Shown piece after piece: positions 7,903 to 16,130 of a DNA stretch of 18,357 nucleotides (position 1 is the stretch's first letter; each line of letters opens with the position of its first letter). The stretch covers positions 1 through 18,357 of the forward strand of contig JBHLRP010000060.1 of assembly GCA_048882485.1 (NCBI GenBank). Reading direction: 5' to 3'. Source of the DNA: Candidatus Thorarchaeota archaeon (GTDB lineage Archaea; Asgardarchaeota; Thorarchaeia; Thorarchaeales; Thorarchaeaceae). Position numbers and translations under genes: made by a program. The notes under the pieces are model-generated. The model did not search any database. It had not been told where the DNA came from and saw only the letters and a list, made by a program, of their open reading frames with translations.

Positions 7903-8498
7903 TCTTCACGTGTCTGATGTGACACTCCTTCTCTTGATATTATGAAGTCCCCCGTACCCTTCACCTGATTCACATATCTTGCCATCACGAAAAGCAAATC
8001 TGAGAGCCGGTTCAAGTAGCGAATTAGCTCTGGATTAACCTTCTGAATTTTCGAGAAGCTAATGACTCTTCGCTCCGCCCTGCGACACACAGTACGGGCC
8101 TGATGAAGAAAGGCGGCTGCGGGTATTCCACCTGGAATGACGAAGTTGGAAAGAGGAGGTAGCTCTTTAGTTAGATCATCGGCGATATTCTCGAGTTGAG
8201 TGACGTCATTTCCTGAAACTCTCTTCAAACTCATGATGTCATTAGCTGGATCTACATTCTCAGAATTAGTGGCGAGTTCAGCGGCTACGTAGAAAAGCAT
8301 CTGTTGAATATGATGAGTGTACTTTGCTATCGGGTCAGATGCAATGTCCAAATGACTCTTCGCAATCCCAAGAACTGTGATAAGTTCATCAACAGTACCA
8401 TAAGCTTCTACCCGTGGATTGTCCTTCCCTACCCTTTCACCTGATAACAAGCCCGTTTCGCCCTTGTCACCTTTTCCTGTGTAGATATGTTTGGACAT
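7899..8498 (-). CDS. pduO: PduO-type ATP:cob(I)alamin adenosyltransferase
   Basis: IYTGKGDKGETGL, RVEAYGTVDEL, FVIPGG, LHQARTVCRRAERR, YLNRLSDLLFVMARY. Confidence 0.95.
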   Translation of the reverse strand: MSKHIYTGKGDKGETGLLSGERVGKDNPRVEAYGTVDELITVLGIAKSHLDIASDPIAKYTHHIQQMLFYVAAELATNSENVDPANDIMSLKRVSGNDVTQLENIADDLTKELPPLSNFVIPGGIPAAAFLHQARTVCRRAERRVISFSKIQKVNPELIRYLNRLSDLLFVMARYVNQVKGTGDFIISREGVSHQTREE

Positions 8499-8619
8499 TG
8501 GCCATGACTCCTTCAGACAAGTGCAGAGATAGTCGAGTGAGCAGTTAATGTTGTTGGTGAAGGTTCCATTATGTTTTTCATTTCGTTTTCAAGGTATATT
8601 CAAAGGAGTTAGACAAACG

Positions 8620-9063
8620 ATGAGTCAAAAGGTAATTGACGCGGCGCTTTCGCGTTTCGGGGATGACCATAACTGTGCTCAATCTGTCTTGTTCACATTC
8701 CTGGAACATAAGGGATTAGCATTCAAAGAGGCAGTCCATTTTGCAGCTGGCCTTGGGGGAGGCATTGGCCTTCAAGGTAGAACTTGCGGCGCAGCTACAG
8801 GAGGCGTACTGGCTATTGGATTGCTTATGGGACAGACAATATCAAACCTAGGTGATAGCAAGAATGAAACCTATAGAGTCGCCATGAGGTTTCTAAAGAG
8901 ATTCAGAAAAGAGTTCTCTTCGCAGATGTGCAATGACTTGGTTGGGCTTGATATGGCTGATCCACAGCAGCTTCAATCTGCCCTTGATAAAGGTCACTTT
9001 AAGCAGACTTGTCCTAAATTTGTGGAAGGTGCAATCAAGATACTCCTTGAAATGTTCCCGTAG
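8620..9063 (+). CDS. C_GCAxxG_C_C family putative redox-active protein
   Basis: HNCAQSV, GLGGGIG..G.TCGAATG, C..L and CPKFV cysteines. ATG at 8620 follows AAGGAG, which is more plausible than the ORF-track start at 8548. Confidence 0.88.
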   Translation: MSQKVIDAALSRFGDDHNCAQSVLFTFLEHKGLAFKEAVHFAAGLGGGIGLQGRTCGAATGGVLAIGLLMGQTISNLGDSKNETYRVAMRFLKRFRKEFSSQMCNDLVGLDMADPQQLQSALDKGHFKQTCPKFVEGAIKILLEMFP

Positions 9064-9072
9064 TAGATACTG

Positions 9073-10014
9073 CTAATGGTCATGTTCATGTGCATGACTC
9101 TCGGTATGGACATACTGAGCTACTTCTGCATCCATCTTCAATAGCTCTTCCAGTTCTTCATCAATGTGAACGCGGTTTCGCATCTTCTTAATTTGGAGAG
9201 CGATCACATAAGAAAATGCGGCCAAGATTCCAGCTACAGCGCTTGGTGATGTCCTGAAAGACAACGAGATTACAATTCCAATAGATTGCGATACCAAAGC
9301 GATAAAGAAGACGGATATGAGAACGCCCCGCACGGAGCTGAGTAGCTCATTTGATGCAGCGGCAGGTGCTACAAGAATCGCATAGACAAGGATAGCTCCC
9401 ACAGCTTTTGTAGCTAATGCAATGGCGAGCGCCGAGGTTATCAACATGAGATAATGGTATGCTCGAGCATTCAACCCCTGTGCAGTAGACCCTTCCATGT
9501 CAACACTCACGTAGATGAATTCCTTGTTGAACAGTATTGTGATAATGAGCAAGAGTAGTGCAGTCCCCGATAACATCACGATGTCGAGATTGTCCAGGAG
9601 AAGAAGGTCACCAACCAAATAGCCCCAGATACTTGGGACTTGAACTGGAGGAATATAATACATTAGGAAGACAGCCAAGCTCATAGACAAAGCGAAAGAG
9701 ACGCCTACTGCCACCTCCATTTTTTCACCGATACCAGTTTCGCCTGCATATCCTGTGACCAGAGCCACAAATACAGCAAAGACCAATGCGCCAAGGATTG
9801 GATCAAACCATGGCGCAATACCGGAAGCTTGTAGAAAGAGACCCAAAGCAGCGCCTCCTAAGGCCGCATGTGCAACCCCAGCGGTCATGAATGAGAGACC
9901 CCTGAAGACCAAGAAACTTCCGCTGGTTGATGCAACTACTGCGATCATGAGAGCTCCAATGATAGCTCTCTGAATGAAAGGACTCTCAAGTATCAGGAGA
10001 ATAGCGTCAATCAT
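9073..10014 (-). CDS. Metal ABC transporter permease (ZnuB/MntB type) with His-rich C-terminal tail
   Basis: Multiple TM helices, GVAHAALGG, YLVGDLL, VGAILVYAILVAPAAA, tail HTESHAHEHDH. ATG at 10014 overlaps the ATPase stop. Confidence 0.92.
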   Translation of the reverse strand: MIDAILLILESPFIQRAIIGALMIAVVASTSGSFLVFRGLSFMTAGVAHAALGGAALGLFLQASGIAPWFDPILGALVFAVFVALVTGYAGETGIGEKMEVAVGVSFALSMSLAVFLMYYIPPVQVPSIWGYLVGDLLLLDNLDIVMLSGTALLLLIITILFNKEFIYVSVDMEGSTAQGLNARAYHYLMLITSALAIALATKAVGAILVYAILVAPAAASNELLSSVRGVLISVFFIALVSQSIGIVISLSFRTSPSAVAGILAAFSYVIALQIKKMRNRVHIDEELEELLKMDAEVAQYVHTESHAHEHDH

Positions 10015-10813
10015 GTCTATCTGCCCCTGTGTCACGAGTCAAGCAATAGCGATGGCCAGAATGCTCCACAACCTTTGCAGTGGGACCGTAGAGTTTCTGA
10101 ACAAGTTTCGGATCCATTACATCACAAGGAGTACCAACGCCAACGACAGTGTTCTTTAGCATGAGTACATCGCGCACCAGTGTGTGTATCGGGTTCAAAT
10201 CATGAGTGACCATTATAACGCTGACATCATTATCTTGATGATATTGACCTAGAGCCTCCACAATGAGCTCCTGACTATCTACGTCTGTACCAGCCAACGG
10301 CTCATCCAACATTAGAACTTGCCCTTCGCCTGCTAAGGCACGTGCAACCAATACTCGTTGCCTTTGCCCTCCTGAGAGTTCAGGGAAAGGACGCTCCCAA
10401 TAGCCATCCATCGCTACGTGAGTCAATGCTTCTCGCGCAATCCTCTCATCATTTTTCGATGCCAACCTCGGCAGGGGTTTCTTCACCAAACGTCCCATAA
10501 GAACTACATCCTTTACCTTCATGGGAACGTTTAGTCCAATTCGATCTCGCTGTGGAACATAACGAACCATCTTTCTGATTTTGGATTGCTCCTTCTCAGA
10601 ATCATATCCCATTAGATTGACATGACCTTTCATCGGTTTCATGAGACCTAATATGGTCTTCAACAGTGTACTCTTCCCTGATCCATTTGGTCCAATTATT
10701 GCCATGAATGTTGGAGATTCCACTTTGAAGCTAACATGATGTAGCGCGATCTCACCGTCAGGATATCTCACTGCAAGATCCTCTGCCTCAATTAGGGTTG
10801 CAGACATAATCAA
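10007..10813 (-). CDS. Metal ABC transporter ATP-binding protein (ZnuC/MntA type)
   Basis: Walker A GPNGSGKST, YVPQ, signature LSGGQRQR, Walker B LMLDEP, H-loop VTHDL. The start is probably ATG at 10807. Confidence 0.95.
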   Translation of the reverse strand: MIMSATLIEAEDLAVRYPDGEIALHHVSFKVESPTFMAIIGPNGSGKSTLLKTILGLMKPMKGHVNLMGYDSEKEQSKIRKMVRYVPQRDRIGLNVPMKVKDVVLMGRLVKKPLPRLASKNDERIAREALTHVAMDGYWERPFPELSGGQRQRVLVARALAGEGQVLMLDEPLAGTDVDSQELIVEALGQYHQDNDVSVIMVTHDLNPIHTLVRDVLMLKNTVVGVGTPCDVMDPKLVQKLYGPTAKVVEHSGHRYCLTRDTGADRHD

Positions 10814-11215
10814 TCACGTTCCTGCACGACTGACCTGAACTCGAACAACTTGTTTTAGAGCCCTCACCTTCTGGACAAACTTGCGGGCCTGGTTGGCCTC
10901 GCCATTTACAACCATGATTTCCACACATGCCCCATCCATAGAATGAGCGTGTATCATAGCTGAGATAAGGCTGTTATGGGAATGTTGAATCTTGGATAGT
11001 TGGCCACCTTTCCCGCCAGGTGCAATCATTGTGGTTACAACTAGAGTGACATCTCCAGAGTATTCTTCCAAGCTTCGATGTTCTTCCAGCAATGACTGAA
11101 GAGCATGTCTGACGACTTCTGATCTATTTGAGAACCCTCCTTCTTTCTGAAGGCGCTCCAATTTGGCTAGATCCTCATCAGGCATTGAAATTGCGACTAT
11201 CGGTATTGTCCTCAC
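10814..11215 (-). CDS. nikR: NikR-family ribbon-helix-helix/ACT metal-responsive regulator
   Basis: RHH motif IVAISMP...FSNRSEVVRHAL. ACT domain with QH...HAH.....C.E, matching the spacing of the NikR His/His/His/Cys nickel site. Confidence 0.85.
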   Translation of the reverse strand: MRTIPIVAISMPDEDLAKLERLQKEGGFSNRSEVVRHALQSLLEEHRSLEEYSGDVTLVVTTMIAPGGKGGQLSKIQHSHNSLISAMIHAHSMDGACVEIMVVNGEANQARKFVQKVRALKQVVRVQVSRAGT

Positions 11216-11224
11216 CTCAAAGTT

Positions 11225-11256
11225 GATTATTAGTTATTTAACAATACTTAATAATC
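11225..11256. promoter_or_regulatory. NikR-type operator GATTATTA-N16-TAATAATC overlapping divergent TATA-like boxes
   Basis: Perfect 8-bp inverted arms at 11225-11232 and 11249-11256 with a 16-bp spacer, the same spacer as the E. coli NikR box GTATGA-N16-TCATAC. Confidence 0.75.
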
Positions 11257-11323
11257 TACGGATATGTTCCATAACAGGAGAAAGATAGCCTGCAATTCCG
11301 GGTAAGGTCCACTGGGTGATTGG

Positions 11324-12397
11324 ATGAAGACAAAAGAAATCTCGTTGGCATTTCTTGGTTTTCTCGTTGTTTCTGCTGTTGCCGGCATGGCTTCGCAGGC
11401 GACGGCTCAGTCGCAGCCTGTCGTGAGAGTTGCTGTTTCAATCGCCCCTCTAGCTGGTCTCGTCAATGAAGTTGGAGGGTCTCATATCGACACTTATGTG
11501 ATGCTTCCAGAAGGCATTGAGCCCCATGCAGCATCGCTCTCACCTGAAGCCATTGCAGCTGCGGAAGAAGCAGACCTTTTGGTCCTGACTGGACACTTCT
11601 CCTGGGAGGAGGATCTTCTGACTGTTATTGACACGCCATTTCTCACCTTGCATGACGACTTAGCTTTGGAAAGCTATGAGGACTTCGGCGCAAGACTTTC
11701 TAATATGCCAGGAAATCATGAAGAGAATGGCACTGTTATTGCACAGCATGAACACGAAGGCAATCCACACGCCTGGTGGCTGTTGCCAGAAAACGCAATT
11801 GCAGTAGCCAACGCAACTCGCTCTGCCTTCTCCAATCTCAACGCCAGCTTCTCTGCAATATGGCAAGACAATTTTGATGGCTTCACTGAAGATGTTCTGG
11901 CATTCATGGAGTTGGTGGAGTCTACCGATGCGGACTATTCATTCACTCAGATGCATGCTATTGTTGTGACCCCAGCTGAGGCATACATTGCGGAGGCTTT
12001 CGGTATTGAGGTTGATGCAGTCCTTCAAGTAGACGAGGTCCTTATCTCAGGAATTGAGCTGATTGAGGTCCAACAAGCCATTCGCGCAGGGGATGTCAGC
12101 CTCATTCTAGGATCGGATGTTGCGAAACTACAAGCAGGTGGAGAGTATGCACAGCAACTGGCTGATGATTATAATCTACCTTTGGTGTGGTGTAGAGCAA
12201 TCTTCTTTGAAGAACTCGAAGACTATATTGCGCTGATGACCTATAACCTGGGGTCTTTGACGTCGGGTCTGGAAGCGGAGGGGGTAGGAGCTGCGGCCAC
12301 AACTCTGAACCTTGCTCTTCTAATGCTTGCAGGTATTCTTGGCCTTGTTGCACTCATCGAGGCTTTGATTCTCGTTCAGAGAGGAAGAGCAGATTGA
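11324..12397 (+). CDS. Metal ABC transporter solute-binding protein (ZnuA/TroA cluster A-I) with N-terminal signal and C-terminal TM anchor
   Basis: VAVSIAPL, PEGIEPH, His/acidic loop HEE..QHEHE, NPHAWW, hydrophobic C-terminal helix; GGGTGA SD. Confidence 0.9.
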   Translation: MKTKEISLAFLGFLVVSAVAGMASQATAQSQPVVRVAVSIAPLAGLVNEVGGSHIDTYVMLPEGIEPHAASLSPEAIAAAEEADLLVLTGHFSWEEDLLTVIDTPFLTLHDDLALESYEDFGARLSNMPGNHEENGTVIAQHEHEGNPHAWWLLPENAIAVANATRSAFSNLNASFSAIWQDNFDGFTEDVLAFMELVESTDADYSFTQMHAIVVTPAEAYIAEAFGIEVDAVLQVDEVLISGIELIEVQQAIRAGDVSLILGSDVAKLQAGGEYAQQLADDYNLPLVWCRAIFFEELEDYIALMTYNLGSLTSGLEAEGVGAAATTLNLALLMLAGILGLVALIEALILVQRGRAD

Positions 12398-12410
12398 TTG
12401 AACAGCGGAA

Positions 12411-13142
12411 TCAGTCCAATGCCTTTTGAGCTGATTCCACCCATCTCTCAGCCATCTCGATAGTGAATTCATATCCTGCAGGGATTCGCACATCACCCTC
12501 AGCCAAAGCCTTCTTGATCTTGTCAAGCAATTCCGCTGGATTCGCTCTCGATAGTGCCTTGACTGTCTTTATGCCAGTCGCAAATACTATTGCCTCTGCA
12601 TCTTCTTCAGATATGCCATCAAGCCACGCAAACCTGCTCATGGCAATCCATCTTCTGGCAACTGACACGCTGACATCTGTCACTTCAGCTACTTTGACGG
12701 GATCAGCATTGATGAGATCATCAACAGAATCGAATCCCTTTGCCCGAAGCATCTTTCCGTATTTTTCCCCTATACCCTCAATCGTTTCAATGGGCAATTC
12801 CTTGAGACTGACTTTGGGTTCCACAACTTCGGGAGTATGTTTCTCAGCGTGCTTCTGATCCGGCTTTGGTTTGGGCTTGGGCTTTGGTTTAGGCTCTGGT
12901 TCATCAGGCCTAGGCTCGGGTATCTCTTCAAACTTCTTCTTTCGCGGCTTTCTGCTGTCTGGTGCAGTTGCCGGCGGACCGAAGAGAAGATAGCTCATAA
13001 ACGCGATTAGAATCAACGACCCGCCCAGAATATACATGCTGAGTGTCACATCATACCACCGCACTATAATGGCAATGGCTACTAGTATTATTGATAGTGC
13101 GACTAATCCGTAGAACCGCTTATCTTCAAGGAATTTAGTCAT
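12411..13142 (-). CDS. Membrane-anchored tandem helix-hairpin-helix protein (DUF4332-like)
   Basis: Two N-terminal TM helices, Pro/Lys linker, then LPIETIEGIGEKYGKMLRAKG, WIAMSRFAWLDGISEEDAE and terminal ERWVESAQ. Confidence 0.8.
   Translation of the reverse strand: MTKFLEDKRFYGLVALSIILVAIAIIVRWYDVTLSMYILGGSLILIAFMSYLLFGPPATAPDSRKPRKKKFEEIPEPRPDEPEPKPKPKPKPKPDQKHAEKHTPEVVEPKVSLKELPIETIEGIGEKYGKMLRAKGFDSVDDLINADPVKVAEVTDVSVSVARRWIAMSRFAWLDGISEEDAEAIVFATGIKTVKALSRANPAELLDKIKKALAEGDVRIPAGYEFTIEMAERWVESAQKALD
12861..12920 (-). repeat. Low-complexity (PE/PK)n coding repeat
   Basis: Encodes PEPRPDEPEPKPKPKPKPKP with varied synonymous codons. Confidence 0.8.
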
Positions 13143-13263
13143 CTCTCAGCCTCCGGTGACTTCTGTATTCTAGTCCATATCTCCCTAATAACAAGTTCTG
13201 AGGAAGTTCAGTCCAATTTTGGGAAGCGCGAAAAGCGTGGGCAATATGCGAATTGCGCCCCGT

Positions 13264-14244
13264 TCAGGAGGCACTCTTGTAGTAGGGCGACTTGGAAAGC
13301 ATATAACGCCGTATCAAGGGACGCAATAATCTCATCGCATATCTTAAGCGTCCTATTGCACGAGATAGCTCATCTATATAGTCACTAAAGTTTCGTGTTT
13401 GGAAATTGAGGATAGCTTGGGATTCACTTGTATCCATCCAGTCAGTGTGGAAGTAGTCTTCTTCGCAAGTAGGCACTCGGAATGCAGACTCTGGGAGCAT
13501 TCCAATACGCAGTGCATCGAGATAACCAATCATGAAAGCCCGGTAAGTCATCCTGCAGCTTTCACCTCCCCCTAAAAGAAGAATTCTACCGTCTGTAGGT
13601 GCGTCTACAGCGTTTGCAACCGCCAACCCGATGTCACGGGAGTGAACGAACTCAAGACGCTGCTCTAATGGTATATCATAGACAAATGGATCGAGGGCAG
13701 ATTTGAACCAATTCATGCTGAGTGGTGGGACCACTCCGAACCGAAGAATCGTCCAGGGAAGAATGCTTGCACGGATGTATTGCTCCGCTTTGATTTTGGT
13801 TTCTGTATACACATCAGTAATGATTTGGGGATCTGTGGCTTTCTTTGGGGGGCCCCTACCAGAACAATGTCCGTAGGTAGCAATGGAGCTGGAATAGACG
13901 AATTTTGGGGAGTCATTCCTCTTAATTGCAGCGTCTACAAGATTTCTGGTACCATCAAGGTTGACACTTCTAGTGAATTCGGGATCTCGATCAGAAACTG
14001 GAGGCAGTATAGCGGCTAGATGAATAATGCATTCAATATCCTCGACAGCTTGCTGTACCATTTCGGAATCTCGTACATCCCCCCATAATGTTTCGAACAT
14101 CCCAATCTTTGAGAGCTGCTTCCTTTTCTTCTGATTTGCTTTAGTTTCAATATCGAAGCATCGTATCTCATGATTTGCTTTAAACAATGAAAGAAGGGTG
14201 CTTTCGCCAACGTTTCCAAATGCCCCCGTAAGCAAAACTCTCAT
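13264..14244 (-). CDS. NAD(P)-dependent epimerase/dehydratase (extended SDR)
   Basis: TGAFGNVG Rossmann motif, GDVRD, IIHLAA, VNLDGT, SSIATYG, YxxxK (YTETK). Confidence 0.92.
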   Translation of the reverse strand: MRVLLTGAFGNVGESTLLSLFKANHEIRCFDIETKANQKKRKQLSKIGMFETLWGDVRDSEMVQQAVEDIECIIHLAAILPPVSDRDPEFTRSVNLDGTRNLVDAAIKRNDSPKFVYSSSIATYGHCSGRGPPKKATDPQIITDVYTETKIKAEQYIRASILPWTILRFGVVPPLSMNWFKSALDPFVYDIPLEQRLEFVHSRDIGLAVANAVDAPTDGRILLLGGGESCRMTYRAFMIGYLDALRIGMLPESAFRVPTCEEDYFHTDWMDTSESQAILNFQTRNFSDYIDELSRAIGRLRYAMRLLRPLIRRYMLSKSPYYKSAS

Positions 14245-14271
14245 AGGTCAGACAAATGTGCTGATGATATA

Positions 14272-14309
14272 AATATTTCGATACTCGAAATATTCTTATA
14301 TCGAATATT
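14272..14309. promoter_or_regulatory. Tandem palindromic operators, probable MarR sites
   Basis: AATATTTCGA-tac-TCGAAATATT (14272-14294), overlapped by AATATTC-N7-GAATATT (14289-14309), in the divergent SDR/MarR intergenic region. Confidence 0.75.
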
Positions 14310-14398
14310 TTGGGTGTGAATCACACGCCTACGATATATTCTTCAGAAGGTAGAGCGGTCAGCAAGGTGGTGAAAGCACCCTGAGCAGGAGAAAGGAT

Positions 14399-14800
14399 TT
14401 GATGTATGAGCTTGTGGAGTCCCTTCGCAGATTAAGTAAAGTGAGATGGTTTCTAGGGGATAGGCATCTAAGTTTGGACAGTTTCATGATTCTAGACTTC
14501 ATCTCAGAGCTAGACAACTGTCGGATGAAGGATATCGTCACAAACTTCTCCCTACCTCCAAGCACTGCGACAGGAATAATAGATCGACTCGTTGATAAGA
14601 AATATATCAAGCGTGACCAAGCTCCATCAGATAGAAGAACGGTTGTCCTTGAGGTTACATCCTCTGGTAGACGTGCCCACGAGCGTTTTAGAAATTCCAC
14701 CATGAAGCAGATGGACGAGTCGTTGAGTCATCTTTCTGAAGATGAAATTATTTCCTTGCTGGAGCTAGTGAAGAAGCTTGCTGAAAGAATGGGGCAATAG
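14399..14800 (+). CDS. MarR family transcriptional regulator
   Basis: wHTH motif STATGIIDRLVDKKYIKR...DRR.V.L.VT..G and LSEDEIISLLELVKKL. The start may be ATG 14402 or CTG 14381. Confidence 0.93.
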   Translation: MMYELVESLRRLSKVRWFLGDRHLSLDSFMILDFISELDNCRMKDIVTNFSLPPSTATGIIDRLVDKKYIKRDQAPSDRRTVVLEVTSSGRRAHERFRNSTMKQMDESLSHLSEDEIISLLELVKKLAERMGQ

Positions 14801-14822
14801 AGTGTTTTGAGGATGAAGAAAG

Positions 14823-15257
14823 ATGGTCGAGATAGAATCCATCCGCAAGGAGATAGAGGAAATCGTCAATAGAGAAACCCGCGCCTGGGATACACAGGAT
14901 GTTGAACTCCTTCTCTCTATATTCCATCCCGACATGGTGTGGCCATGGCCAATGGACGTGCATTCTCACGACCCGATGAAGTGGATCTTTGAGCTTGGTA
15001 GATTTGATTATCAAAGATGGAAGGAAAGCTATCAGACCCTCTTTGACACTCATGACTTGATTCGGAATATTAGGCAGTTGAGAAAAATAGAGATATCAGA
15101 ACAAGGAGATGGGGCGTTCGCAGTATTGGATATAGACACGCTCTGGCAAGATAGAGAGGGAAATGACAATCATTGGAAGGGGAGAGTCTGCAAAGTCTAT
15201 TCCAAGGTTGGAAACGAATGGAAGATGACCATGCATACAGGCGTGTTGGAATATTGA
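14823..15257 (+). CDS. SnoaL/NTF2-like (DUF4440-type) protein
   Basis: IEEIVNRETRAWDTQDVELLLSIFHPD at the N-terminus; C-terminal KVYSKVGNEWKMTMHTG strand pattern. Confidence 0.82.
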   Translation: MVEIESIRKEIEEIVNRETRAWDTQDVELLLSIFHPDMVWPWPMDVHSHDPMKWIFELGRFDYQRWKESYQTLFDTHDLIRNIRQLRKIEISEQGDGAFAVLDIDTLWQDREGNDNHWKGRVCKVYSKVGNEWKMTMHTGVLEY

Positions 15258-15267
15258 AGCGACGACA

Positions 15268-15284
15268 AGTTCAATGATTGAACT
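15268..15284. terminator. Palindrome between convergent genes, possible bidirectional terminator
   Basis: AGTTCAAT-G-ATTGAACT, with no long T-tract. Confidence 0.35.
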
Positions 15285-15315
15285 CAAGGGAGATAAAATT
15301 CCTTTAGTTGGCAGA

Positions 15316-16089
15316 TTATTCGTTTATCTTCCTGATGAAAGCTTCAATGGTTTCAACTACCTTCGCAACAACTTTGCTGCCCTTCTCTTTTGTCGCCCTT
15401 GTAGCATAACCCACAACGCCAGAATCGGTTAAATCCTTCATCACCCAAGAGATACCTACCCTGGGGGCATCTGACGCCATATTTGGTTCAATAAAGCCTT
15501 TGACAATTGGCCTCCCCGGTTCATCAACAAGCTTGTCCTCAACAATGCGTTGACCTAAATGCCACGCGACTGATGTTTCCAGGTCACATGCATGGAACAC
15601 TGGAGGAGTTGCTACCTCCTTTATTGTATCTGCTGCCATCGTCCACCAATCTATATGGTACACCTTTGCGCTTGACATATCACGAAGTATATGCAGAGCC
15701 ATGCTGATAGCTGTTTCATTGCCTCCATGTCCATTGATCAAGACAATCTTGGAGAAACCATGCTGCGCTAATGCAGCACAGACATCAACGATCACGTTTG
15801 CCAGTGTTGACTCCTGAAGCGTGATGGTGCCCTTGAAGTCCATATGATGAGGTGAATATCCATAGGCAATGGGTGGAGTGATTGTCACCTTGGTGTCAGG
15901 CCACAGATGCTCGGCCACCATCTCAGAAACTCGTTGGGCAATGAAGTGGTCATTGTCAAGCGGGAGTGCAGGACCATGCTGTTCCACAGAGCCAATTGGA
16001 ACTATCACCGTATCACATTCTTGGAGACGCTCTTCAACCTCAGGCCAGGTCATCTTAGACAGTCTGTATTGGTTTCCCATTTTGATCAC
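15316..16089 (-). CDS. Creatininase/creatinine amidohydrolase family protein
   Basis: MTWPEV, PIGSVEQHGPALPLDND, GYSPHHMDFKGTITL, NGHGGN, HACDLETS, SGVVG...AT.EKG. The start is probably ATG at 16080. Confidence 0.93.
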   Translation of the reverse strand: MIKMGNQYRLSKMTWPEVEERLQECDTVIVPIGSVEQHGPALPLDNDHFIAQRVSEMVAEHLWPDTKVTITPPIAYGYSPHHMDFKGTITLQESTLANVIVDVCAALAQHGFSKIVLINGHGGNETAISMALHILRDMSSAKVYHIDWWTMAADTIKEVATPPVFHACDLETSVAWHLGQRIVEDKLVDEPGRPIVKGFIEPNMASDAPRVGISWVMKDLTDSGVVGYATRATKEKGSKVVAKVVETIEAFIRKINE

Positions 16090-16130
16090 ATTCAGGACTC
16101 TGGAAGGGCAATGACTTCCTTATCAAGTCT

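Noticed and set aside
13215-13262. GC-rich imperfect hairpin after the SDR gene as an ncRNA
   Set aside because: Short and imperfect; at most a terminator-like element, with no recognisable RNA family features
15316-16089. Mycofactocin peptidase MftE
   Set aside because: No mftA, mftB or mftC nearby; only the creatininase family call is supportable
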